NCBI GenBank assembly: GCA_040905715.1
Contig: JBBDRA010000002.1
Coordinates: 101,968-165,967 of the forward strand
Origin: Minisyncoccota bacterium
Lineage (GTDB): Bacteria; Patescibacteriota; Minisyncoccia; Phycocordibacterales; CSBR16-193
Length of the DNA: 64,000 bases
Direction: 5' to 3'
In this document: positions 48,806 to 57,755 of the stretch, one piece after another
Layout of the letters: every line of letters begins with the position of its first letter
How positions within the stretch are numbered: position 1 is the stretch's first letter
Made by a program: the position numbers and the translations under genes
The notes under the pieces: model-generated
The model's database searches: none
Told to the model about the DNA's origin: nothing
Seen by the model: the letters and a program-made list of their open reading frames with translations, nothing else

Positions 48806-50494
48806 ATGGAGAAAAAACAAGACTTTTATTGGCTCAATGAAAACAGTATTGCATTCTTGGAGCGGGGGTATTTGCAGGAAGGTCAGAGTGCACAAGAGCG
48901 CATCCGAGAGATAGCCGACACCGCTGAACGGTATCTCGGCAAAGAAGGGTTTGCCGACAAGTTCTATGACTATATGGCAAAAGGGTACATCTCTCTCGCG
49001 TCTCCTGTGTGGTCGAATTTCGGGATCGACAAAGGGCTTCCGATCAGTTGTTTTGGTTCGTATGTGGGCGACAGTATGGGGAGCATTATGTTTACCCAGT
49101 CGGAGGTAGGTATGATGAGTAAATTTGGCGGTGGAACGTCCGGATACTTCGGCGCACTGAGATCTCGCGGATCGAACATAAGTCAGAACGGACACTCTTC
49201 CGGCTCAGTTCATTTCATGCAGCTTTTTGACCTGATGGTAGATGTGGTGAGTCAGGGTTCTGTGAGGCGGGGTCATTTTTCTCCATATCTTCCGATCGAA
49301 CATCCGGATATAGAAGAGTTTCTGCAGATAGCAACAGAGGGAAATCCTATACAGAATTTGAATCACGCGGTAACAGTAAGTGATGAGTGGCTTCAGGCGA
49401 TGGTCGACGGCGATGAAGAGAAGCGGGCTCTATGGGCAAAGGTAATACAGCGACGAAGCGAGATCGGATACCCATATATCATGTTCTCTGATAACGCCAA
49501 CAATAATACGGTCGATGTGTACAAGGATAAAGGTCATAAGATCTACGCAAGTAATCTGTGCAGTGAAATAATGCTTCCCTCAAACGAAAAGTGGTCGTTC
49601 GTGTGCTGTTTGTCATCATTGAACGTCCTTCACTATGATGACTGGAAAGACACTGATCTGGTAGAGACAATGACGTACTTCCTTGACGCGGTCATCACCG
49701 ACTTCTGCACGAAATTAGAGGCGATGCGGGATTCTGATAAGAAGGAAAAACAATTGGCCTTTCAGTTCATGGAGAGAGCATATACATTTGCGAAAGAGAA
49801 TCGAGCTATTGGGATCGGCGTACTTGGATGGCATTCACTGCTCCAGTCACGAATGCTTTCCTTTGAAAGCGACGAGGCGAATCAACTTAATGTTGAGATC
49901 TTTAAGTCTATTCGGGAAAAGGCATATACAGCTTCAGAAGCTCTCGCAGAGGACTTGGGAGAGCCTGAAGTGTTAAAGGGATATGGAAGGAGAAACACCA
50001 CGCTTATGGCTGTGGCCCCAACAACGTCTTCTGCGTTTATTCTCGGACAAGTATCGCAGAGTATCGAACCGGTTTGGTCAAACTGTTATGTCAAAGATGT
50101 ACAAAAGTTAAAAGTCACCATTAAAAATCCATTTCTCGAAGATCTTTTAGAAGAAAAGGGAAAGAATACTCGTGAAGTTTGGGAAGACATTCGCAATAAC
50201 GACGGATCGGTTCAGCATTTGGAGTTTCTTACTGAAGAAGAAAGAAAGGTGTTCCGGACTTTTGCGGAATTGGATCAATCTGTAGTAATCGAGCAAGCGG
50301 CGGTACGGCAGCAGTACATAGACCAAGGGCAGTCCTTGAACATTGCTGTTTCTCCCGATGTTTCGGCAAAAGATATTAATCAACTGTACATTCAGGCGTG
50401 GCGTCAGGGAATTAAGGCGCTTTACTATCAGCATAGTGTAAACGCGGCGCAGGCGTTGAGCCGCAAAAAGATCTGTTTGAATTGCGAGGCCTGA
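48806..50494 (+). CDS. nrdA: Ribonucleotide reductase alpha subunit, short form without ATP-cone
   Basis: PISCF, SNLCSE, APTTSS, DQGQSLN, LYY, C-terminal CxxC. Confidence 0.95.
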   Translation: MEKKQDFYWLNENSIAFLERGYLQEGQSAQERIREIADTAERYLGKEGFADKFYDYMAKGYISLASPVWSNFGIDKGLPISCFGSYVGDSMGSIMFTQSEVGMMSKFGGGTSGYFGALRSRGSNISQNGHSSGSVHFMQLFDLMVDVVSQGSVRRGHFSPYLPIEHPDIEEFLQIATEGNPIQNLNHAVTVSDEWLQAMVDGDEEKRALWAKVIQRRSEIGYPYIMFSDNANNNTVDVYKDKGHKIYASNLCSEIMLPSNEKWSFVCCLSSLNVLHYDDWKDTDLVETMTYFLDAVITDFCTKLEAMRDSDKKEKQLAFQFMERAYTFAKENRAIGIGVLGWHSLLQSRMLSFESDEANQLNVEIFKSIREKAYTASEALAEDLGEPEVLKGYGRRNTTLMAVAPTTSSAFILGQVSQSIEPVWSNCYVKDVQKLKVTIKNPFLEDLLEEKGKNTREVWEDIRNNDGSVQHLEFLTEEERKVFRTFAELDQSVVIEQAAVRQQYIDQGQSLNIAVSPDVSAKDINQLYIQAWRQGIKALYYQHSVNAAQALSRKKICLNCEA

Positions 50495-50562
50495 TATCTT
50501 TGATGGCAGGAGACGGGTGGAGTCACGTAAAAATAGAAACACAAAATGGTACACTGGTGATA

Positions 50563-51078
50563 ATGAGAAAAGAAGATCAGCAAGGTTTTTCCCTTATTGA
50601 ATTACTCGTTGTCATCGCTATCATCGGCATACTTTCTGCGGTTGTGTTGGCGTCGTTGAGTGTGGCTCGAGATTCTGCCCACTTTGCACGAGCGAAAGCA
50701 GAGATGAGAAGTATCCGTGAGGCAATGGAGTTTTACTATAATGAGCACGGTGAGTACCCGGCAGATGCTAATCGGGGCCAGTCACCGGGTCTTGATGAGT
50801 ACCTTACTTCAGATGGATGGCCGGAAGGACCGTGGCCGGGGAGTGTGTATGACTGGGATGTGTGGGACATAGACGGAGATGGTGATGTTGATACGTATCA
50901 GATCAGTGTTCGATTTTGTCCTAGCGACACTTCTCCGCTAGAGGACTGTCGATTTCCTGACGAAGAGTGGGCGGATAACTTTGATCAACAGAGTAGCGTA
51001 TACTATTGTGTTGACGGTTCGTGCCAAGCTCATGTAGGTGAAGACGCTGATCACCCTGGATATTGCGTGAATTGCTAA
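50563..51078 (+). CDS. Type IV pilin / GspG-like protein
   Basis: Prepilin cleavage motif GFSLIELLVVIAIIGIL; C-terminal Cys residues. Confidence 0.9.
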   Translation: MRKEDQQGFSLIELLVVIAIIGILSAVVLASLSVARDSAHFARAKAEMRSIREAMEFYYNEHGEYPADANRGQSPGLDEYLTSDGWPEGPWPGSVYDWDVWDIDGDGDVDTYQISVRFCPSDTSPLEDCRFPDEEWADNFDQQSSVYYCVDGSCQAHVGEDADHPGYCVNC

Positions 51079-51198
51079 AGCCTCTCTGTGCGAGTGTCCG
51101 TATAGCTAAAATAAACACTAAAGACCCGGTCTTTAGTGTTTATTTGGTACTTTTTTGCACAAACCTAATCACAAGAACAGGATGTGGAAGTTTTGTTT

Positions 51199-51719
51199 TG
51201 TGGGGTGGGGCTTCCGGTAGGGGCTCGGTCACACATAAATTTCCTGACGGAAATTTTGCGCGTTCCGTTATCACCGGTCTCGCACAGCTCGACATCGGTG
51301 ATTTCGCTTCGCGAACCTCCTGAAACATAAAGCAGTTTATGTTTCAGCCCCTCTCGTGGTTTTTGCCTTGCTTCGCAAACAAATCTTCTTGTGTTTTCTT
51401 CGAAAACATCCGCGAAGCGAATGTGTGCTTTTTTGGAGATGGAGCGCTTCGCTAGCAAGAAACACACATTCGGCTGCGCCTTTCTCGTCCCTACGCAGGC
51501 AAAGCAGTTTGCCTGCTCAACGCCCACAAAGCAAAAATCTGCACGAATAATTCGCACAGATTTTTGCTTTGTGGGCGTTGAGGGACTCAAATCTTACAGA
51601 TTCTGTACAGGTTTTCACTATTTTGTTTCGTTCCTCACAAAATAGTTGAAGAACCTTTTCGAGTCCGCGTTACGCCGCTGTCGCGGCTACGCCTCATCGT
51701 CCTCGCTCCTTCGTCGCTG
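51199..51719 (-). mobile_element. tRNA-Val 3' trailer cassettes (probably two stacked units)
   Basis: TGTGGGCGTTGAGGGACTC duplicated at 51570-51588; inverted TTCGAGTCC at 51658; inverted acceptor CTCAACGCCCAC at 51516; 53-bp block shared with the Arg(GCG) trailer; left boundary uncertain. Confidence 0.7.
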
Positions 51720-51793
51720 TGGGCGTTGAGGGACTCGAACCCCCGGCCTATCCGGTGTAAACGGATTGCTCTAGCCAACTGAGCTAAACGCCC
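51720..51793 (-). tRNA. tRNA-Val(TAC)
   Basis: Anticodon arm ATCCG-TTTACAC-CGGAT; GGTTCGAGTCC. Confidence 0.95.
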
Positions 51794-51909
51794 CTACTTC
51801 GCTCGGGTTGTCACCCGAGCTTCGAAGGACAAGTTGTATTTAATTTGTACCGCGTCTCGTCCTGCGAAGCTCGATTGCCAGTGAGAGCGTAGCGGGAAGC
51901 TAAACGCCC
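51794..51909 (-). mobile_element. tRNA-Val 5' leader cassette
   Basis: tRNA nt 1-12 (GGGCGTTTAGCT) duplicated at 51898-51909. Confidence 0.65.
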
Positions 51910-51979
51910 TATAGTCATATAGCCTACGAAACTTATTCATTTTTTGCAAGAAACACCAAATCTCCCTATACTGAAAGTA

Positions 51980-52279
51980 ATGAGATCTGCAACCGATGAA
52001 AAAGAAATTGAGGCTTCTATTACCGGCAAGGTGCAAGGGGTGAATTTTCGTACGTTCGTTAAAAAACGCGCTGATGAACTCGGGCTCACCGGTTATGTTA
52101 CAAATCTTGATGATGGCTCTGTTGAAGTGATCGCTCAAGGTGAAAAGGAGCAGTTAGAAGAACTGGTTAGACAGCTTCACAAAGGTCCGCACTTTGCAGA
52201 GGTCGAAGAAGTTGATGTTTCTTGGCACGATTCACTACAAGATACGTTCACTGACTTTAAGATCAAGAAAATAGTATGA
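51980..52279 (+). CDS. acyP: Acylphosphatase
   Basis: GKVQGVNFR, GYVTNLDDGSVEV. Confidence 0.93.
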   Translation: MRSATDEKEIEASITGKVQGVNFRTFVKKRADELGLTGYVTNLDDGSVEVIAQGEKEQLEELVRQLHKGPHFAEVEEVDVSWHDSLQDTFTDFKIKKIV

Positions 52280-53007
52280 CCTATCGCGACGAACATTTGA
52301 ATGCCAAACGCGAGCTACCTGTAGAGGGTTCACCGCAGTGTGTGGGCGTGGTCATGGACGGCAATCGCCGCTGGGCGAAACGAAACGGTCTGCCAACTGT
52401 TGAGGGACACCGAGTCGGTTACAACAAGCTCAATAATCTAATGCAATGGGCAAAGGAAGAAAAGATCCCGTACGTGATCGTCTATGCGTTCTCAAGCGAG
52501 AATTGGAATCGTTCAGAAGAAGAAGTGAGTGCATTGATGGGACTCTTTCGTCACTTCTTCCGTTCCCAGATCAACTACGCTAAACGTAATAACGTAAAAA
52601 TTGTGTTCATCGGCGAGCGTGAACGTCTACCAAAGGATATACAGACCGGCATGACGCGTATCGAGCGTGAGACGCAGCACAACACCGCTCTGACGCTTGT
52701 CATTGCTGCTCCGTATGGATCACGTGGCGAGATCGTCGATGCGATCAATCGAATACTTGATACGCAGGGAGGCCACGATCATATTACCGAGGATATAGTA
52801 AGCGGTTACTTATGGACATCCGGCATACCGGATCCGGATCTTATTATTCGTACCGGCGGTCGGCGTCGGCTTTCGAACTTCCTACTCTGGCAAGCAGCCT
52901 ATGCGGAACTGTATTTTTCTGATACGCTTTGGCCTGATTTTGTTCGAACGGAGTTTACAAAGGTGTTGTATGATTACTCACTGCGTAAACGATCTTTCGG
53001 AAAATAG
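52276..53007 (+). CDS. uppS: Undecaprenyl diphosphate synthase
   Basis: MDGNRRWA, YAFSSENWNR, PDLIIRTGG..RLSNFLLWQ. Confidence 0.96.
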   Translation: MTYRDEHLNAKRELPVEGSPQCVGVVMDGNRRWAKRNGLPTVEGHRVGYNKLNNLMQWAKEEKIPYVIVYAFSSENWNRSEEEVSALMGLFRHFFRSQINYAKRNNVKIVFIGERERLPKDIQTGMTRIERETQHNTALTLVIAAPYGSRGEIVDAINRILDTQGGHDHITEDIVSGYLWTSGIPDPDLIIRTGGRRRLSNFLLWQAAYAELYFSDTLWPDFVRTEFTKVLYDYSLRKRSFGK

Positions 53008-53050
53008 AATAAATTTCTCTTTCTACGTTTTTGATGTAGACACTCAATAC

Positions 53051-53803
53051 ATGAATCCAATCCCTGAAATACTTTTTGAAGATGAAGATATAATTGTTAT
53101 CTCAAAGCCACCTCGTTTGAACGTCCACGGTAATGGACGCGACGAGGAGTACACGCTCACAGACTGGCTTCTCGAGCATGATCCATCGCTTGTTGATGTT
53201 GGTGAACCACTTAAACTGGAGGGCGGCAAAACCATACCCAAGCCCGGCCTTGCTCATCGGCTCGATCGCGACACCTCCGGTGTGATGGTCATTGCTCGTA
53301 ATCAGCGTGCATACAAAAAGTTAAAGAATCAGTTTCAGGAGAGAGAAGTAGAAAAATGGTATCACGCGATCGTATACGGTGCAGTGAAAGGTCGGTATGG
53401 AGAGATCGATCAGCCAATAGGCCGGAGCTCGGTTAATTTTAAACGACGCACCACCAACCCTGAAACAATGCGCGGCCGCATGCGGCCGGCATATTCTGAG
53501 TACTGGGTTGCACTGAGTGCGCCCAAAGCGTCGCTTCTAAAGGTCCGCCCGAAAACAGGACGAACTCACCAGGTTCGGGTGCACTGCGCTGCGATCAAGC
53601 ACCCGATTGTTTGTGATCATCTCTATGCGTCTCATCGCGAGCGATTGCTCGGTTTCAGTCGTTCGGCCCTGCATGCATATCAGATCACGTTTACGCACCC
53701 CACAAGCGGCGAGAGGGTGGTATTCACTGCTCCTTACCCGCAAGATTTTGAAAATGCGGTCGAGGCATTGAAAAAAGAGGCTCAAACTGATACAAGTACT
53801 TGA
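53051..53803 (+). CDS. RluA-family pseudouridine synthase
   Basis: HRLDRDTSG, TGRTHQVRVH, LHA. Confidence 0.93.
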   Translation: MNPIPEILFEDEDIIVISKPPRLNVHGNGRDEEYTLTDWLLEHDPSLVDVGEPLKLEGGKTIPKPGLAHRLDRDTSGVMVIARNQRAYKKLKNQFQEREVEKWYHAIVYGAVKGRYGEIDQPIGRSSVNFKRRTTNPETMRGRMRPAYSEYWVALSAPKASLLKVRPKTGRTHQVRVHCAAIKHPIVCDHLYASHRERLLGFSRSALHAYQITFTHPTSGERVVFTAPYPQDFENAVEALKKEAQTDTST

Positions 53804-53838
53804 AACTCTAACTAAGCTGTGTTACATTATCTTTCATT

Positions 53839-54414
53839 ATGACTACGCCAACGGTTACATTTTCACCGGTAAATATAGAGAAGCGCAAAGAGACCGATAT
53901 TCGAACGGGTGATACTATTCGTGTACATACGAAGATCATCGAGAAAGGTAAAACCCGAACCCAGCCTTTTGAAGGTTTGGTGATCGCGCGCAAGCACGGT
54001 GCTGAGCCCGGTGCTACATTTACCGTTCGCCGAACATCTGAAGGATACGGTGTTGAAAAGATCTTTCCGCTTTACTCTCCAAACATTGATAAGATCGAGA
54101 TACTGCGTCGATCAAAGGTTCGCCAAAGCAACATTTATCACGTTCGTGAGAAGGTGGCTAAGCAGATCCGTCGAGAGATGCGCCGCATGATGTTGATGGG
54201 CGAGCTTGCATTCTCTGAATCTGAAGAACAAGAAGCAACGAAAGCAGAAGAGGCGGTGGCAGCTCCGACGTCGCAAGACGAGTCGGAGCCCCGACCCGAG
54301 GGCGTCGGGGAAGCAGCCGAGGAAGCAACAACTAACGAGACACAATCAGAAACACAACCAGATGAGTCACCGGTCGAAGAAAAACAATCCGGTGGAGAAG
54401 AAACAAAAGAATAA
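53839..54414 (+). CDS. rplS: 50S ribosomal protein L19 with acidic C-terminal tail
   Basis: GDTIRVH, FEGLVIA, GVEKIFPLYSP, KVRQ. Confidence 0.95.
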   Translation: MTTPTVTFSPVNIEKRKETDIRTGDTIRVHTKIIEKGKTRTQPFEGLVIARKHGAEPGATFTVRRTSEGYGVEKIFPLYSPNIDKIEILRRSKVRQSNIYHVREKVAKQIRREMRRMMLMGELAFSESEEQEATKAEEAVAAPTSQDESEPRPEGVGEAAEEATTNETQSETQPDESPVEEKQSGGEETKE

Positions 54415-54418
54415 GTAG

Positions 54419-54450
54419 AAAGTAAATCCACAGCTTGTGGATTTACTTTT
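54419..54450 (+). terminator. rplS terminator
   Basis: AAAGTAAATCCACA-GCT-TGTGGATTTACTTTT. Confidence 0.65.
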
Positions 54451-54482
54451 ATCTAATTTGGTATACAATAAACACTAGAGAT

Positions 54483-55130
54483 ATGAGACGTGGATCAAAA
54501 CCAAAAGGGAAGGTGCGGATACAGTGGTCGTCTAACTTTGCGTATGCAATTGGTTTGCTTGCGGCAGATGGATGTTTATCAAAAGATGGTAGGCATATTG
54601 ACGTAACATCGAATGATTACGATCAACTTGAAAATTTTATTAAAGCTCTTGATATTGACGTAAAAATTACTCAAAAATCATCCGGAAGAGGGTATACAAG
54701 TTGGCATGTTCAGTTCAGTGATGTTCTTTTTTATAAGTTTCTTACTGAAATAGGTATAACCTCAGCAAAGAGTAAGACATTAAGAAAGCTTGATATTCCC
54801 GACGAATACTTTTTTGATTTTTTAAGAGGGGAATTTGATGGGGATGGACATTTTTATAGTTATTGGGATAAGCGATGGACGAATAGTTATATGTTTTATT
54901 TAACTTTTATTGGTGCAAGTCAGAAATTTCTTGAATGGATTTCACAAACTAATGAGCGTCTCATTGGTATAAAAGCGAATGTAATTTTTTGTAAAAAATC
55001 AAAGGTATATCAGTTACGTTATGCAAAAGAAAGCACTCTGGAAATAATCAATAAAATGTATTATACTTCCAGCGCACTTCATTTGAGGAGAAAAAAGAAA
55101 AAGATAGATGCTTTAGTAGTGCCTCGATAA
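54483..55130 (+). CDS. Free-standing double-motif LAGLIDADG endonuclease
   Basis: YAIGLLAADG and FLRGEFDGDG motifs; AT-rich relative to flanks. Confidence 0.88.
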   Translation: MRRGSKPKGKVRIQWSSNFAYAIGLLAADGCLSKDGRHIDVTSNDYDQLENFIKALDIDVKITQKSSGRGYTSWHVQFSDVLFYKFLTEIGITSAKSKTLRKLDIPDEYFFDFLRGEFDGDGHFYSYWDKRWTNSYMFYLTFIGASQKFLEWISQTNERLIGIKANVIFCKKSKVYQLRYAKESTLEIINKMYYTSSALHLRRKKKKIDALVVPR

Positions 55131-55134
55131 TAAT

Positions 55135-55216
55135 GCCCAGGTGGCGGAATTGGTATACGCAATAGGTTGAGGGCCTATGCTCCTAGAGCGTGCGGGTTCA
55201 AGTCCCGCCCTGGGCA
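55135..55216 (+). tRNA. tRNA-Leu(GAG)
   Basis: Anticodon arm ATAGG-TTGAGGG-CCTAT, variable arm, GGTTCAAGTCC. Confidence 0.95.
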
Positions 55217-55418
55217 CAAAAGAACGAAGTGAATTTTGGGAACAGGGCTGCGAACTGTTTACGGAGTAAACAGGAGCTGGGACTTGGGGAAGGGGTCGGG
55301 AAACGGGAGTTTCCCGTGGAGGAAGGCAGCGACCGAAGGGAGTGTTGGAAAACCGCGGGTTTCCAAGTTAGTCTTGCCCTGGGCACAAAAAAAGACCAGC
55401 ATCAAGCTGGTCTTTTTT
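55217..55418 (+). mobile_element. tRNA-Leu 3' trailer cassette (GGGAAGGGGTCGGG family) followed by a terminator
   Basis: Antisense T-arm GGGACTTG at 55279; core from 55287; 3' duplicate AGTCttGCCCTGGGCACAAAA at 55370-55390. Confidence 0.8.
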
Positions 55419-55510
55419 ATATGTTATCCTTTGAATTTCTTAAGTTAAACAAGGTATAATAATACCAACATATTCAGTACTAATGAGTGTACGCTAACTA
55501 GAGCATTTAC

Positions 55511-57058
55511 ATGATAACAAATAAACTTCTTTCATATATTAAAGATGAACGGGCACGAGGTGTTTCTGAGGCTCAGATCCGAAAAACTCTCATGGCTCAA
55601 GGTGGCTGGCATCAAGATGATCTCAAAGAGGCATTCCAAGCTGTGCAGAAATCGGTCGCCCAGAAAGATACTCCACAAAAGAGCGCAAAAGCGCCAGCTT
55701 CTCAGTCTGCCGCTAAACAAGCATCCGCCTCTCGAGTGAGTGACCCAATAAAGAAGAACAAAAAAGATGAAAAGTTTGGTAAGGATCTTGATTCTCAGTC
55801 TGAGAGCATGCAGACGAACAGAAAGCAACAGGCAGTAATTCCGTCTCATTCATCTGTCGGTAGAAAAGTTGTTTTATTTTTAGTAGCACTTCTTGTGTTT
55901 GTCGGTGTAGCTGTTGGCGGAGTGGCTGCGTACACGTCCATTATCGGAGGGGTAAACGAAGATTTGTCAAAAGATGAGATTTTATCTTCTGCGTTCTCAA
56001 ATTTCTCTGATGCAACCTCGTTGGAATACGAAGCTGTGTTAACTGTAGAGAGCGGTATCGATGGATCAAGGCCTCATTCTCTCCGCGTGAGCGCCGATGG
56101 AGTGTCAAGCATGGGCGCGGCTTTTAGCGATCTTACAATGCAGCATAAGGTATCTGTTGAATCAGAGACAGATGGTCAGGAACAAGGAGGGTCATTAATT
56201 GATACCGAGGTAGAGATGCGTCTAGTAGATAAGATCCTCTACTTCTATGTTGAGCATGCCCCTGAGATGACAAGAGTGTTCTTGCCTATTTCTGAGCAAC
56301 AGTGGTTGCGCTCGCCGGAGGTGGTGGCTTCGGGACGAACTGGAAGTGAGAGCGGTATTGGTCTCGATGGATTTAAAGATGAGGCAACCAGGCGGTTCGT
56401 TATTGATTCTGTTAAATTAGCCCGAGAGCATCGGGTGTACAGTATTACGGAAATAGAGGAAGAAAGAATAAATGGTGAAGGTGTACACGCTTTTAGTATT
56501 CGTTTTCATCCACAAAACATAGAGGTGTTTTTCAATGACGTGGTTGCTATGGTTTATGAGCGAGAAGATCTGCCGGATGAAGTGAGGGAAAGCGTGATAA
56601 CCTGGGCCGAGAGGAAAATTCAGCTTTCAGAAGAAGAACGAGCGCAAGAGATAGAACGCATAAAACAAGTCACTGATAATTTAGAAACCGAGATCATGAT
56701 CGGGAAGAGAGATATGCTGCCGCGTCGTATCCGTATTTCTTTCGATGGCGATGTGCCTGGTGAGCTTGTGGATCAAGGAGGTGTGAATTCTTTTGCATCG
56801 AGGGTGATCGGGAACGATCCACTGCGACGAAATGCAATGTCAGTCATCGGTTCTGCGTTTAATCCGGTCCGGGTAGCTGGTGCAGATTTTCCGCTTCTTC
56901 TCGATCTCGAGATCCGTTTTTCTGGCTTCAATGAATCGGTTAATGTAGAAGCGCCTGCCGACGCGATCGATTTTGAAGCTGCGATAAGAGATGCCCGCAT
57001 AGAAGGAGGAAGCGGCTCGGGAGATATGAGCACATCTTCAGAAGAAGTTGAGCTCTAG
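55511..57058 (+). CDS. Hypothetical single-TM protein with large extracytoplasmic domain (LppX/LolA-like fold possible)
   Basis: N-terminal YI....RG....I...L...GW motif, TM near aa 120-145, FSGFNESVNVEAP. Confidence 0.7.
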   Translation: MITNKLLSYIKDERARGVSEAQIRKTLMAQGGWHQDDLKEAFQAVQKSVAQKDTPQKSAKAPASQSAAKQASASRVSDPIKKNKKDEKFGKDLDSQSESMQTNRKQQAVIPSHSSVGRKVVLFLVALLVFVGVAVGGVAAYTSIIGGVNEDLSKDEILSSAFSNFSDATSLEYEAVLTVESGIDGSRPHSLRVSADGVSSMGAAFSDLTMQHKVSVESETDGQEQGGSLIDTEVEMRLVDKILYFYVEHAPEMTRVFLPISEQQWLRSPEVVASGRTGSESGIGLDGFKDEATRRFVIDSVKLAREHRVYSITEIEEERINGEGVHAFSIRFHPQNIEVFFNDVVAMVYEREDLPDEVRESVITWAERKIQLSEEERAQEIERIKQVTDNLETEIMIGKRDMLPRRIRISFDGDVPGELVDQGGVNSFASRVIGNDPLRRNAMSVIGSAFNPVRVAGADFPLLLDLEIRFSGFNESVNVEAPADAIDFEAAIRDARIEGGSGSGDMSTSSEEVEL

Positions 57059-57084
57059 TTCTTAGTTCGTGGCGGACTATATTT

Positions 57085-57666
57085 ATGACTTTTTTTACAG
57101 GAAAAGGTGATGATGGCACTACTAAAACGTTCGGTTGCAATCAGCGAATATCAAAAAGCTCGGCTATTGCCGAGGCGCTTGGTACAGTCGATGAGCTCAA
57201 CTCATTTCTGGGTTTGCTTAAAGTGAAAGGCAGTGAGAGCAACGTGCTTGTGCCGAAAACGGAGGAAACCCTTGCCTCGCTTATTCATGCTATTCAGCAC
57301 GATCTGTTTATTGTCCAAGCAGAGCTTGCCGGAGCTGATAAAGCCATCGAGGAGGAAAAGGTGGTCAAGCTTGAGAAGATCATAAACACCATTGAACGCT
57401 CGCTCCCGGAGATCACGACGTTCTTTGTCTCCGGCGGAACCGAGCTTGCTGCGCTGTGTGATGTGGCTCGCACGATCACTCGGCGCGCCGAGCGCCGAGT
57501 GATCGCGGTGTACGACGGTTCGACAGACTCACCGCAGGCGAAGGGGCAAAAAGTAGATGCGCAGACCCTGGCCTATCTCAACCGCCTCTCCAGTATCTTT
57601 TATGCGTTGGCGCGACTTGTTAATCACCAGGCCGGAGTGAGTGAGGAGTCGCCGACGTATGTCTAG
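57085..57666 (+). CDS. pduO: PduO-type ATP:cob(I)alamin adenosyltransferase
   Basis: FTGKGDDGTT, GTVDELNS, RTITRRAER, YLNRLS. Confidence 0.92.
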   Translation: MTFFTGKGDDGTTKTFGCNQRISKSSAIAEALGTVDELNSFLGLLKVKGSESNVLVPKTEETLASLIHAIQHDLFIVQAELAGADKAIEEEKVVKLEKIINTIERSLPEITTFFVSGGTELAALCDVARTITRRAERRVIAVYDGSTDSPQAKGQKVDAQTLAYLNRLSSIFYALARLVNHQAGVSEESPTYV

Positions 57667-57755
57667 GCCCTGAGTATTAGGGTGTTGAGTCGGTATTGCA
57701 ATTATCCACAAGCAAATCTGTTTACCCTGTACTATTCCTGGGCTACTATTAAGTA

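Noticed and set aside
54419-54449. Inverted DnaA-box pair upstream of the LAGLIDADG gene
   Set aside because: Two mismatches per box; a hairpin + T run directly after the rplS stop is better explained as a terminator.
54483-55216. Group I intron or intein hosting the LAGLIDADG ORF
   Set aside because: tRNA-Leu and rplS are both intact, and the flanks are too short for a ribozyme core.
41222-55459. Short ORFs over tRNAs and cassettes (41222, 41499, 46229, 46365, 51140-51645, 55190-55459)
   Set aside because: They are translations of tRNA and repeat DNA; shared peptides such as FSSKTSAKRMCAFL reflect the shared DNA repeat.
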